A stretch of DNA of 63,314 bases, filler included, from Octopus bimaculoides (lineage: Eukaryota): assembly GCF_001194135.2 (NCBI RefSeq). It is 6 parts of 6 records of this genome, joined end to end, with 100 filler letters (N's around TTAATTAATTAA, not from the genome) between each part and the next. Parts side by side here need not be neighbours in the genome. Positions count along the whole stretch, not along the records: positions 24,722 to 34,023 come from NC_068986.1; positions 34,124 to 41,420 come from NC_068998.1; 4 more parts are not named here. One strand, given 5' to 3'. This document shows, piece after piece, positions 27,338-39,352 of the stretch. The notes under the pieces were generated by a model. That model saw only the letters and a list, made by a program, of their open reading frames with translations, had not been told where the DNA came from and ran no database searches. Numbering within the stretch: position 1 is the first letter of the stretch; each line of letters opens with the position of its first letter. Position numbers and translations under genes: made by a program.

Positions 27338-27807
27338 GGCAGAATGCTAAACTGAAACCATATTTTAATATAGATGTGTATAAGGAGGATGAAAAAGGAT
27401 TTCTAACCGGCTTTCATTGCATGGCAAATTTTCAAGAAGAGGAAAAATGAAAAAAATGTTTTTTTACAAAAAAATTTAAAATATGTAAAGATATAAATAT
27501 ACCGATGCATTATATTGTTTTTGAGCTTTTAAAGTTCTATAATAATCCATGTAGATAATTGTTAGTAAGATTAGGATGCATGTATTTAAGATTAGTGTTT
27601 TGTTTTAAAAAGCTGAAAGTTTGTGTTAGACAGGAAGTGTGAATGTCAAAATAGCAAGTGTGGGTAAGGGGAGACAATTCTGTGGGTTTTATACTCTTTA
27701 GTTGGAGTTCTGGACTCTTTGTCAACAGGAAGATTATGTCTGCTCTTACAGAAACAAGAAGTAAATTTATATGTATTTCATTGGATAGGTGAGAGAAGGG
27801 AACATGG

Positions 27808-28161
27808 TCATCGAGTTTGTATGTTAAGAAGCGTTTGGAATTTCTCTATAAAAAGATTCTCCTTGTTGATTCTTTCTTGTGTAGAGATTCTGTCTTTACA
27901 TTGATAGAAAGGGAATATAAGTAATTTAGGATTTTTCTTTCTGGCGCAAGAGTCTGTGTGGCCACTGAGTGGAATTTGGCGGTGTTGTGGAAGATTTATT
28001 TATTCTTTATGGACTGCTACTCTTCTACGTAAAGGATGGCTCGTCTGTCCGATATAGTTGTGTTGGCAACCTGCGCACGTGAGGACATAAATAAGGTTCC
28101 CAGAGGAACAAGAGAAGTTGGTCTTGATTTTAAACCTTGTTCCTTGTTTGGGCGTTCGATC
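27808..28161 (-). mobile_element. Penelope-like element GIY-YIG endonuclease remnant
   Basis: FKIKTNFSCSSGNLIYVLTCAGCQHNYIGQTSHPLRRRVAVHKE*INLPQHRQIPLSGH...ERINKENLFIEKFQTLLNIQTR*; one internal stop. Confidence 0.9.
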
Positions 28162-28289
28162 ATATAATAATATATATAATATATAAATATATGCATATAT
28201 AATATATAAATATATGCATATATACATACATATATGTACATACCTACATATAAATGTATATATAGATACATATATGGTCGAAAAAATGT

Positions 28290-28680
28290 GAACAAAATGA
28301 GAAACGAGAGCGTGAAAAACAAAAACATAAAAAACGAACTTTTTTTTCGAACAACAAAAGAAACACATGGAAAAACGAGACAGGCAACATAATGAACATT
28401 CCCTTCATCAGTTGTCCCCTGCTTTATCTATTCCACGTTTCGAACGTTGGGACAAGACGCGACTGCGTTAAAACAGTCCTTCCCTCAAAGCAAATTGAAT
28501 AAAATTTGGGATTTTTTGCGGAGGGTGAAAGTGGTAACAAAAACAAGACAGTAAGAAAAAAAACAGTAAAAACAAACGGTGAGGGCTGTTAAGCCATGAC
28601 GAGGTCGAGTGGTGAACGCTGGAACGACGATCTTTGAGAAGAGAAAGGTAAAAGCACGTCTTGTCTTTAGGAAGGAAGTG
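28290..28680 (-). mobile_element. PLE-associated non-coding repeat (pseudo-LTR-like), homologous to 55690-56215
   Basis: Shared CACCCTCCGCA..AATCCCAAATTTTATT.AATTTGCTTTG.GGGA and CTGATGAAGGG..GTTC blocks; same strand as, and just 5' of, the GIY-YIG fragment. Confidence 0.7.
28395..28462 (-). ncRNA. Candidate non-circularly permuted hammerhead ribozyme, copy 1
   Basis: RNA UCGCG-UC|UUGUCCC|AACGUUC|GAAA-CGUGG|14-nt linker|GGGACAA|CUGAUGA|AGG-GAAUGUU; all three stems pair. Confidence 0.6.
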
Positions 28681-28699
28681 GTGTAAAGAAAGATAGATA

Positions 28700-29530
28700 A
28701 CCGTTCATATACCTTGAGAATTGCTGGTCTTGATGATGAAATTTCATACAGAATCAGCAGAGCTAGTAGTGCTTTTGGTAAAGATGACAGGTGTCTGTGG
28801 ACACGACATAACATATCTTCACAAATTAAAGTTAATTTATATAACATGTGCGTCCTGCTATCTTTGTTATATGGGAGTGAGGCATGGGTTATTTACCGTA
28901 GGCATGTAAGACAGCTGGATCGATACCATCAATAGTGTCTGAGAAAAAAATTGAGGAATAAACTGAAAAACGGTCATTAGTAACGTGGAGGTGCTTGAGA
29001 AGAGTGGCAGTAGAAATATAAAGTCAATGATTCTGCAAAGATGTTTGAGGTGGAAGGGACATTTGATAAGGATGAATGGTGAGAGACTGCCCAAGCAGCT
29101 ATTGCATGGTGAGCTGGAAAACGGTAGGAGACCAGCACATAAACCTAAACTAAGGTTTAAGGGTTGCTTTTAAAATGTTCTAATACAGACAGGAATTGCA
29201 GTTGGTGATTGGGAGAAGGAGGCACAGGACCAGGATGGATGGAGGAAGACAGCGCATAGTGGTTGTTTTGGGTTTGAGAGGGAAGGAGTGATGTATGAGA
29301 GAATTAGAAGGGAGCCTGTGACGAGAGAGGGGATGTTGCTTTTTGGATGTGTGGTTTGTGGGAGGAGGTGTTTGAGTCATGCAGGTTTGATTAACCATCA
29401 AAAATCTCACAGGAATCGACCTATGATAAACAATGATGGGGTTATTACAATTCTCAACAGAACATGAGTAAAATGTGGAAGGGTATGCTTCTCAGTTGGA
29501 GGTTTGAAAAGACATGTTAAGTGAGTGCAT
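28700..29530 (+). mobile_element. RTE-clade LINE 3' fragment with C-terminal C2H2 zinc fingers, followed by (CCTG)n
   Basis: LDDEISYRISRASSAFG..LLYGSEAW..RQLDRYHQ..LRWKGHLIRMNGERLPKQLLHGELENGRRP..; then CVVCGRRCLSHAGLINHQKSH. Confidence 0.9.
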
Positions 29531-29547
29531 ATGATGGCACCTGTTTC

Positions 29548-29608
<61 letters not shown>

Positions 29609-30087
29609 NNNNNNNNNNNNNNNNNNNNNNNNNNNNNNNNNNNNNNNNNNNNNNNNNNNNNNNNNNNNNNNNNNNNNNNNNNNNNNNNNNNNNNNNNNNN
29701 NNNNNNNNNNNNNNNNNNNNNNNNNNNNNNNNNNNNNNNNNNNNNNNNNNNNNNNNNNNNNNNNNNNNNNNNNNNNNNNNNNNNNNNNNNNNNNNNNNNN
29801 NNNNNNNNNNNNNNNNNNNNNNNNNNNNNNNNNNNNNNNNNNNNNNNNNNNNNNNNNNNNNNNNNNNNNNNNNNNNNNNNNNNNNNNNNNNNNNNNNNNN
29901 NNNNNNNNNNNNNNNNNNNNNNNNNNNNNNNNNNNNNNNNNNNNNNNNNNNNNNNNNNNNNNNNNNNNNNNNNNNNNNNNNNNNNNNNNNNNNNNNNNNN
30001 NNNNNNNNNNNNNNNNNNNNNNNNNNNNNNNNNNNNNNNNNNNNNNNNNNNNNNNNNNNNNTATATATATATATATATATATATATA

Positions 30088-31337
30088 TTGAGTCGTCCGG
30101 TAAGTTCATACCGATTTTGAGTCGTTCATGTTCCAACTCGTTAGAACATGTCGAATCTATCGACCCATAATATGCTTACATTTCCGGTTAGCGCACACTT
30201 CAAACTATCTCTTGAGAAAGAAAGTTTAAAATTACTTAATTCGTGTCAGTTTTACAAATGGAAGATTATCAGGTGCATTTTAGACACTAGATACTTTTTT
30301 ATTATCGTTAAGGCAAAAATGCCTTGCAAGCAACGAAAAAGATATGTGCTGCGTGCAGTGAAGGTTCTTTAGCTGCCAAAACTGTATGGAAGTGGTTCGC
30401 TAAGTTTTGAGTTGGTGATTGTAGCCTTTTTGATGAAGAACACTCAGGCAGATCCACCCACTACAGATGACGATCAAATCAAGACATTGATTGGGAATAA
30501 TCCGCATTAAATAACGCAGGAATCGGCAAAAACACTAAATTTATCAAAATCCACCATCCATGAGCACTTAATGAAGCTTGGGTACTCAAATCGCTACGAC
30601 GTTTGGGTACCAGATGATCTGAGTGAAAAGAATATTTTGGGTAACATTTCTACCTGTGATTTGCTGTATAAACGCAATGAAAATACAACCATTTTGAAGC
30701 AAATTGTGACGGGTGATGAGTACAGGAACGTTATCAACAATGTTCAGTGAAAAAGATTCCGAGCTAAGCAACATGAGCCTCCTTTAGACGCCCCAAAAGC
30801 AGGTCTTCATCTTAAGAAAGTCATGCGCTATATCTGGTGGGAATGGAAAGGAATCCTGTGCTATGAGCTTCTACCAAGTAACCAGTCAATTAATTCTGAG
30901 AAGTACAGCTTGCAACTGGACGATTTAAAGGTAGCAATTCAAGAAAAACGTCCAGAATTGGCAGACAGGAATGGTGTTTTTTTTTCAGGATAATGCCAGA
31001 CCCATCAAAGATTGTTGCAGCTTGGCTTGTATGTGTTACCCCACCCGCCATATTCACCAGACATTGCTCCTTCGGATTTTCATTTATTCAGGTCCTTGCA
31101 AAATAATCTCAATTTTAATTCTTTGGGGGACACAAAAAAAACAAATACCTTAATGAGTTCTTTACCAAGAAACCACCCAAGTTCTGAGGAAGACGGAATG
31201 TTTATGTTGAAGGAAAAATGGAGAAATGTTGTGCAACAAAATGGTTCATATTTAGTTGAATAGATATTTAATGGCATAATTTAGTTTTGTCTTTTAATTC
31301 CTCTTAAAATTCGGCATGATCTTTCCGGACAACAAAA
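30088..31337 (+). mobile_element. Full-length defective mariner transposon (1250 bp)
   Basis: TIRs TTGAGTCGTCCGGTAAGTTCATACCGA and TTTTGTTGTCCGGAAAGATCATGCCGA, TA on both sides; transposase motifs WVPDDL, IVTGDE, QDNARP, YSPDIAPSDFHLF; frameshifts and stops. Confidence 0.95.
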
Positions 31338-31612
31338 TATATATTCAACACACACACACATATCTCATCACTCACCATGCTAACAGCAACTACTCTCTAT
31401 ACATCCTTGTGTTTTAACCTCTTTGTTTTTTTTTTAACTAAAGAATCCATTAATTTTGATATCAATAACCGGCTGATAATCACCTGTGATAATAAATAAG
31501 CTAATATCTACAGCAAAGACATACGTTCAAACGCACACATGCATTGACAAATACCGATACACATGCACGCATGCATAATCTATTCTGTAACCAATAAATA
31601 AAAAACGCTTAC

Positions 31613-31712
31613 CTGGTTTCCTTTCAAGTTTGCCGACGAAGATGTCGTTTTCGGCGTCGATCCAAAGATTTATGTAAATTAAACCTTCGTCTCTCAATTC
31701 ATAGTGATCGCC
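31613..31712 (-). other. Candidate CpG-rich 5' exon ending at donor CAG|GTAAGC (open frame GDHYELRDEGLIYINLWIDAENDIFVGKLERKP)
   Basis: Consensus donor at 31612; second donor AG|GTGAGT at 31733; no polypyrimidine acceptor upstream; no in-frame ATG. Confidence 0.35.
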
Positions 31713-31796
31713 TCACCCTACACTAATACTCACCTCTTCACACACTTGATTCATACATTCACACAAACATATAAACACACAAACGCACACACACAG

Positions 31797-31832
<36 letters not shown>

Positions 31833-32471
31833 NNNNNNNNNNNNNNNNNNNNNNNNNNNNNNNNNNNNNNNNNNNNNNNNNNNNNNNNNNNNNNNNNNNN
31901 NNNNNNNNNNNNNNNNNNNNNNNNNNNNNNNNGTATGTATGTATGTATGTATGTATGTACACACACCAAGAGACACACACACTAGAAAAAGTACTCGGTT
32001 TTGGCCGGGTAAAAGCTGATGAGATTTCATTCAAAAATTTTGTAAAGTTTTGTATATTTTTTACTCCCCCATCACCAGACAGGTTTTACTCATTTTTTTT
32101 TCTTTTTTCTGCACTTAAAAGCTATGGGAGAAACCTTTAGAGTAAAAAAAAAAATTATAGATATTTTCAGAGCAAAAAGTGTCCTATTTACGGGAGATTT
32201 GGCTGTTGTTTCTAACACATCCGAAGACAACCCTCCCCGTTTCTTTCTCAATCTCGCATGCATTGATATCTATAAAAAAAATTTTTATCCCCATAAATAC
32301 ATTTATGCTATAAAAAAAAAATTGAGAATTTATGATATTTTTCAACCCCACAACCTGAACCCCATTGTTTCTATTTATAATTTTTTAGGCCTTGTACTTA
32401 TTCTAACGCCTTCTTTTAACGAACCGCAAAGTTACGGTTCTCAAGTTATATTTATGTGTGTGTATATGTAC

Positions 32472-32790
32472 GACGGGCTTCTTTCAGTTTCCATCTACCT
32501 GAGAAGGTCATCGCTGCCATTTATCCACATTACTCTTTCCTTGTTTCAGTCATTTGACTGCGGCCATGCTGGAGCACCGCCTTTAGTCGAGCAAATCTTA
32601 TTTTTTGTAAGCCTAGTACTTATTNNNNNNNNNNTATATATATATACGACGGGCTTCTTTCAGTTTCCGTCTACCAAATCCACTCACAAGGATTTGGTCG
32701 GCCCGAGGCTATAGTAGAAGACATTTTCCCAGTGGGACTGAACCCTGAACCATGTGGTTGGTAAGCAAGCTACTTACCACACAGTCACTC
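32472..32790 (-). mobile_element. Fragmented SINE family A copies with intact CpGs
   Basis: GACTGCGGCCATGCTGGAGCACCGCC at 32556; head at 32700-32790. Confidence 0.8.
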
Positions 32791-33976
32791 CTACGCCTAT
32801 GATTTTTTTTTTAAATAAGAGGTATGTAAAAAGATAATTTCTTTTTAATAGCATACTTTTCTAGTAGAAAATATTTATTCTTACACACGGCCTCGCTTGA
32901 TTGAGGTTGGGGTAGAAATTTTAATTATTATTTTCTTATTTTTTTTCCATCTATCTCACTAAAGCATTAGGCGTATGTTACTTTGGCATCATCATTCCAT
33001 AAAATGTGTTGCGTGGGAGGAAAATATCCTTTTCTACTCTAGGCATAAGGCCTGAAATTTTGGGGCAGGGGGTCAGCATTTTAGATCGACCCCATTATGT
33101 AACAAGTACTTAATTTATCGACCCCGAAAGGATAAAAGGCAAAGTCAACTTTGGCGGAATTTGAACTTAGACAGACGATATACGGCCAAGCGCGTCACCC
33201 GGAGTGCTAACGATTCTATCAGATCGCCACCTTGCGGGAAGAATATATTATAAAAAAACCATCAATACATGTGAGAGTGAATACGAGGAGAGTGGTTTTT
33301 GGATGTGCTAGAAACAACAGCCAAATCTTCCTTGTATCGCACATCTTTTTCTCTGAAATATTTACATTTCTATTTTTATTTTTTTTTTTTTAAATTTTCA
33401 CCGAAACGGCTCCTCCCACAGTTTTTAAGTGCCACAAAATTGGCCAAAATCGGTCCGGCGTGGGATGGTGAGGAGTGAAAAAAACGATCAAAAATTTTCA
33501 AAACATCTTTTCATAAAGAGATGCCCCCCACCCCAACGCCCACATCATTTTGAGGCGAGGCTGTGGTGAAAAAAGAATTAAAACAATGGAAAAAATTACT
33601 ATGAAAACGGAAAAATTCCAACTTATGTGGTCTTCTTCATTCGAATCTCCATTTTTCCGACACTCCTTTCTCCAAACCCTCGGAAAAACTTTTCCCCACA
33701 AATCGCTATAATCGCAATCTATGCAGTTTCAAAGCTATTTTGTATAAACTTTCGTAAAAAGATACTCATTTTCTTGAAAGTTATGAGAGAAAAAAGTCGG
33801 GTCATGTGAATTTTCCGAAACTCCTCTCCCCACCCACACGGAAACTTCTTTACCAAAAATCCCTATGTGCTCTGAATCTACAGTACGCGAGATTTGTTGA
33901 ATATTTCGTTTACAAGTATCCACTTTTCTGCTATTTATGATGCAACAAAATCCGTGGGTACACATCTGTAGTTATG

Positions 33977-34023
<47 letters not shown>

Positions 34024-35602
34024 NNNNNNNNNNNNNNNNNNNNNNNNNNNNNNNNNNNNNNNNNNNNTTAATTAATTAANNNNNNNNNNNNNNNNNNNNN
34101 NNNNNNNNNNNNNNNNNNNNNNNTATATATATACATATACATACATACATATGTGTGTGTGTGTGTGTGTATACGTATGTATGTTTGTATGAATGTATGT
34201 ATGTATATATGTATGTATACATATGTATGCATGCATATATGTATGTATGTATGCATGCATTTATGGGTGTATATACGTATTTATGTATGCATTTATATGT
34301 GTATGTATATATGAATGTATGCATATAAGTGAGTATGTATGTATGTATGTATGTATGTATGTATGTCTACGAACAAGCTTCTGGTTTTAATCCACAGATT
34401 CCATGTCATATTCAAATGTTCTTACAGAAAAAAATATCTCATCAGTCCTGAACAACCTTTGAGTGCATATTGTCTAGCTTTCCAACTATTTCTATATTCC
34501 CACCTTGCAATATTCCTTGATAGACACTGACACCGTGACTCCTACAGGCAGCTTATTTCAGGCACCGTTTTAGACACCCACGAGTGTACCATATCGCTGA
34601 CCCAGCCACATTAAACCAGAACAAGCTGTTTCTGGTTTTCAGGTTACCAATTACGATGTGAGTCATATTATGTCTATTGAATCAGGAATGTGAAATTTAT
34701 AACGACAATATATTGTTTTTACAACTGTCAAAAATTTAATTTAATGATTATACAATCTGGCAGCCATGGGCTTGTTGCTAAAGCCGTGGGCCGACGAATC
34801 TGATAGATGAAAAATGCGTGTAAATCAATCGCATATGTATGTGAGGTGACTTAGCATGAGTTACCACTTCTAAAACCATTACAGTTTCTTGAAATTGTGT
34901 GTGCATTCCTCTGGAGATACCAGAAGGATCTCTTCATAACCGTCTGTCATTTCTCCAGTTAGACTTTTGGTCTTGATCGAAGTTCTTCTCGTCACGATGC
35001 TTTGTTCGATAGTTTTTTCTTTATCCTAGTTAAGTAACCGCTTACTACAGATCAAACGGTTTCCTTGATTCTTTGCAAAAAAGAATTGTCCTCACCATTT
35101 GTATCAAATCTCCTCGTTACTTCACTGTTGTCATACTCCACTTCAACACCTAAAGTTCTTTATCGATGGCCTTCGTTGATTTTTTCCGGATTTTCAACGA
35201 TAAAGTTTTATAGCCGTTACAGGAATTGCGGCGTCCTTATTATAATGTCCGAACTTTTCGAATGTTTGTTTCTCTTTCATACAGTTGAAACACTCTATCC
35301 AAAGGCTTCCACTTTCACCCGAGATAGTGTAAAAAAAGATTTTGCAGCATTTATAAAGTTGACAATTTCTAAATCGCTGTGATCCACACTTATGATGACA
35401 ACAAATGCATGTATTTCCTTTTTTTTTTGTGGGTGTGTGTTAGCATTTCATTTGAATTTTATTTACTCATCTGAAATAAGTAAATATCTTTTAATTGGTT
35501 TGAATAGAGTAACATATTGATTATTAAGATTATTAAGAGTCTTCAAGTACTCCTCACAGCCCGTGTATGAATGTATGTTTGTATGTATGTATGTATATAT
35601 AA

Positions 35603-35642
<40 letters not shown>

Positions 35643-35681
35643 ACATATATATGTATATATATGTATATATTTATATTTATT

Positions 35682-35718
<37 letters not shown>

Positions 35719-36182
35719 GGGGGGGAGAATAAACAAACTTATAAGCGTTGCATGTGTCTGTATTTTACAGAAAATAAAGGAATTCGCGAACGCAAGAAGG
35801 CTGTGAACATAGCTTAGAGAATCGGGTAAATACCTCTTTAGGGGGCCGCAAAAAAAAAAGTGATCAGCAAGTTTCCAAAGGGAACGGAAACCTACATCTC
35901 TCAAATTTCGGCTGAGCGCTCTGTACACAGATACCACCTATTTATAGTGCGAAGTAATAGCTTTTGAAATGTGAGCCCATTTTGTAAACAAACTTATAAG
36001 TGGCTTGCTGGCCACTCTTCCTCGTCTTCTAAAGGGTATTTACTCGATTTTCTAAACTGTCTTCACAGCCTTCCTGCGTTCGCGAATTTCTTTAGTGTAG
36101 AATAACACACACACGCACATGTGTGTATATGTATATATATATATATTATATACGTGTGTTTTGCATGTATATTGAAAAGAAA

Positions 36183-36225
<43 letters not shown>

Positions 36226-37574
36226 TTCGCCATGATGCTGGTTAAAATGATCGTTCTGACAGAGTTTACATTTCCAATAAACTATTAAATTCTCTTCAAT
36301 ACTCTTCTCCCCAGTGCCTCCACATTGACAAAGAGACATGAATTTCTCTTCTTGATAATTATGATGGTCACACCTATAGACTACTGAAAATTTCCACTAT
36401 TTAGCTATCCTGTTTCAAGTCAGCGTCGAGAAAGTGAAAACCATTGTCTTAAATATTGGCTAATAAATTATTACTTTTCAATACGTAGAAGCTAATTGAG
36501 TTTCATCTATCGTTAACAAATACTGGCCAGCATTGTCAACAACAACAACAACAACATCAGCCTAGTTTTGCTTCAGTTTATTAGTATAGATAATCAATTA
36601 CTTTCTAGACAACATCGAAATAAACTTGTTTGCTTTCCAGATTTAACGCCAAAACTTCAAATGATTTTTTGTCCCCTCTTTGCTTCCATATTTTTTTTTT
36701 CTATTCGCCCCTGATCGTCTGCCTCATTGTTTTCCATTTGGAAAAATAGATTTTTCTAAACTAAACACACTGTTTGCTTTACGTCACATCCACAAATTAT
36801 TTTCCCAGAATTATACATTCTATTTAGACACTCTTACGCTTTCTATTGATTTTATTCATTGTCTTGTTTATTGTATTTTATTTTCGTCTCCGAGTATGTT
36901 TGTTCTCCTTAGTTGTTTTTTTTTAATATATTTCTTGTGGAGTTTTATTTGCAGATTTGCTGTAGTTTATTTCTTCTGAACATACCTTATGTTCAGTTCT
37001 CTTTTTCAATTTATCTTACTTTATACCTTCTCATTGTTGTATTTTTATACATTCTTACTTTCTTCTTTGTTCCTTACATATTGTTTTCCTTACCCTATCT
37101 TTTATTTTTTTTATTCCTACTTATTCTTCTTCCTTCTTCTCTTTTTCTTTTCATTTTTTTTTTCTCTTTCTCTTTCGTCTTTCATTGTCTCTCCGGATAT
37201 TGGTTTCTTTTCAATTAGCACCAAACTAATGTTTGCACAGAAGTAAACAAAGGTGAAGTATACGGTATATTACTGGTAGAGGAATTTTCCCTCGATGTCA
37301 ATGGAACTGGAATTGCATAGCAAGTAAACAACGAATTAGATATAAAACTTCACTTCACCGTTTAACCAAGTTGACCCTATGAGATGATTCAACCTGCAAG
37401 ACATAGCAGCCAAATTTCCATCATTGTTATGTTTGTTGCTTTGATGTTACAGTTATTGTTCCTGCTTTTGTTGTTGTTGTTATTGTTGCTGCTGCTGTTA
37501 TTGTTATTGTTGTTGTTGTTGGCATTCCATCGCTTACGACGTCGAGGGTTCCAGTTGATCCGATCAACAGAACA

Positions 37575-37905
37575 GCCTGCTCGCGAAATTAACGTGCAAG
37601 TGGCTGAGCACTCCACAGACACGTGTACCCTTAACGTAGTTCTCGGGGATATTCAGCGTGACACAGAGTGTGACAAGGCTGACCCTTTGAAATACAAGCA
37701 CAACAGAAACAGGAAGTAAGAGTGAGAGAGAGAAAGTTGTGGTGAAAGAGTACAGCAGGGTTCGCTACCATCCCCTGCCGGAGCCTTGTGGAGCTTTAGG
37801 TGTTTTCGCTCAATAAACACTCACAACGCCCGGCCTGGGAATCGAAACCGCGATCCTATGACTGCGAGTCCGCTGCCCTTACCACTGGGCCATTGCACCT
37901 CCACT
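37575..37905 (-). mobile_element. tRNA-derived SINE family D with intact-looking A and B boxes; related copy 49190-49445
   Basis: Minus head GGTGCAATGGCCCAGTGGTAAGGGCAGCGGACTCGCAGTCATAGGATCGCGGTTTCGATTCCCAGG followed by a non-tRNA body. Confidence 0.8.
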
Positions 37906-38045
37906 GTTATTGTTGTTGTCCTTCTCATTCTTGTTTTATTGTCTATTTGTTGATTTGTTTCTGATGTTGCTCTTTGTTGGTTCTTTCTGGCTGTTACAAC
38001 TGTAACTGATGTTATCCATCTTGCCGCTGTTGTTACTGTCGTCGC

Positions 38046-38077
<32 letters not shown>

Positions 38078-38302
38078 CTTTTGTTATTGTTGTTATTGAT
38101 GTTGATGTTATGGCTGTAATTCTGCTGCTATTATTGGTGTTATTGTTGTTTAGCCTCAAGTCAGAGTTAATCGTACCCTATAGCTAGCTTCACTGTTGTT
38201 GACGCTTATCTGGTGATCGAAGGAAAGGTTCACAGTAACCAGATGAAACCATCTTGGATTAGAAACAACGTCGAAGCTTAAAAACTGGAAGATGTCACTT
38301 AC

Positions 38303-38327
38303 TCGCTCTCAACTCGGGCGTTTTCAT
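38303..38327 (-). CDS. Candidate 25-nt microexon (MKTPELRA in phase 0)
   Basis: Acceptor ctccattcaatag, perfect donor GA|gtaagt; implies a 47-nt upstream intron. Confidence 0.3.
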
Positions 38328-38374
38328 CTATTGAATGGAGATTAGATATATGGAAACAGAAGAAACACACTCAC

Positions 38375-38528
38375 CACTACCAGGAGAAGTGAAAGAAAAG
38401 GCGTATACTCGGAGTAATAAATAGCTGGCTTCACAAACCAGGCATTTACATATCTCATCTGATATGTACAGTCATCAAAGTACCCACAAGTGAACGGATA
38501 GACGTTTATTATTGGATTCAATGGCCAA
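38375..38528 (-). CDS. Candidate coding exon WPLNPIINVYPFTCGYFDDCTYQMRYVNAWFVKPAIYYSEYTPFLSLLLVV, unknown protein
   Basis: Acceptor tttgcttgcttatag, donor GTG|gtgagt; only one frame open over 154 nt; phase 2 start fits exon 39276-39352. Confidence 0.55.
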
Positions 38529-39275
38529 CTATAAGCAAGCAAACGTTTAAAGACCAGCAAATCGTTAATGAATAGAAGGTATTCTGTGGAGAATGCGGCG
38601 GTGGAGTGGTAGCATTGTTTGAGCGTCGGGCAAATTGCATTGTGGAATTTGTTCCGGTTCTCTACGCTCTGGACTCAAATCTCACGTGGTCAACTGTGCC
38701 TTTCATCCTTTCGGGATCGATGAAATAAAGTGACTGCTAAGTAGTGAGGTCGATGGTATTCTCTATTGGAAAACTGCTGGCCTTGTGCCTATATCCGAAA
38801 TAATTATGTAGGAGGTATAACTGAATTTTGAGGTGCACTCACCAGCTTTTATAATGGAATGTCAGAATAAACCTTGTTAAACACGCTACAATGGATCTAG
38901 CTTTATACAGGGACCATAAGGAAGAGAGTGATTGAGCGAGAGCAAGAGACAGAGAGAGAGAGAGAGATGGAACGAGAGAAGGAATAATAGAGAGAGAAAG
39001 AGAGAGACTGGAAGCATTAAAAAAGGGATCGTTTATTTCTATCATCCCGATATTACGAATTCCTAAATAAAATGGCTCTCAAAACTTAAAACACCACAAA
39101 TGATAAGATAAGACCCTGCACACCTCAACAACAACAGCAGCACAAGATACCTTTGCTCTGAGAAGAAGACCAAAGAGACTTCGACCAGATTATCTGCTGA
39201 AATTATCCAGTCCAGATTAGTTTCATTCAACGTTTGTCTTTCCACCACCACCACCATTGCCAACACCCACCTTAC

Positions 39276-39352
39276 CTTTTCTTCAGTATCTTCGACCAAT
39301 TTCTTCTTTCCATCATCCATAACTGATGAGAGATCCTCGACCGGGCTTTGAA
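39276..39352 (-). CDS. Candidate coding exon FKARSRISHQLWMMERRNWSKILKK(S)
   Basis: Donor AAG|gtaagg; acceptor gttgctaag after a long AG-free stretch; phase 2 end joins 38528 in frame. Confidence 0.45.

Noticed and set aside
32124-32714. 196-aa ORF MGETFRVKKK...
   Set aside because: Runs through AT-rich repeat-like DNA, SINE A fragments and an N gap; no recognisable domain.
37830-37905. tRNA-like sequence with A and B boxes (also 16380-16455 and SINE A/B heads)
   Set aside because: No complete cloverleaf acceptor stem; each continues into a SINE body.
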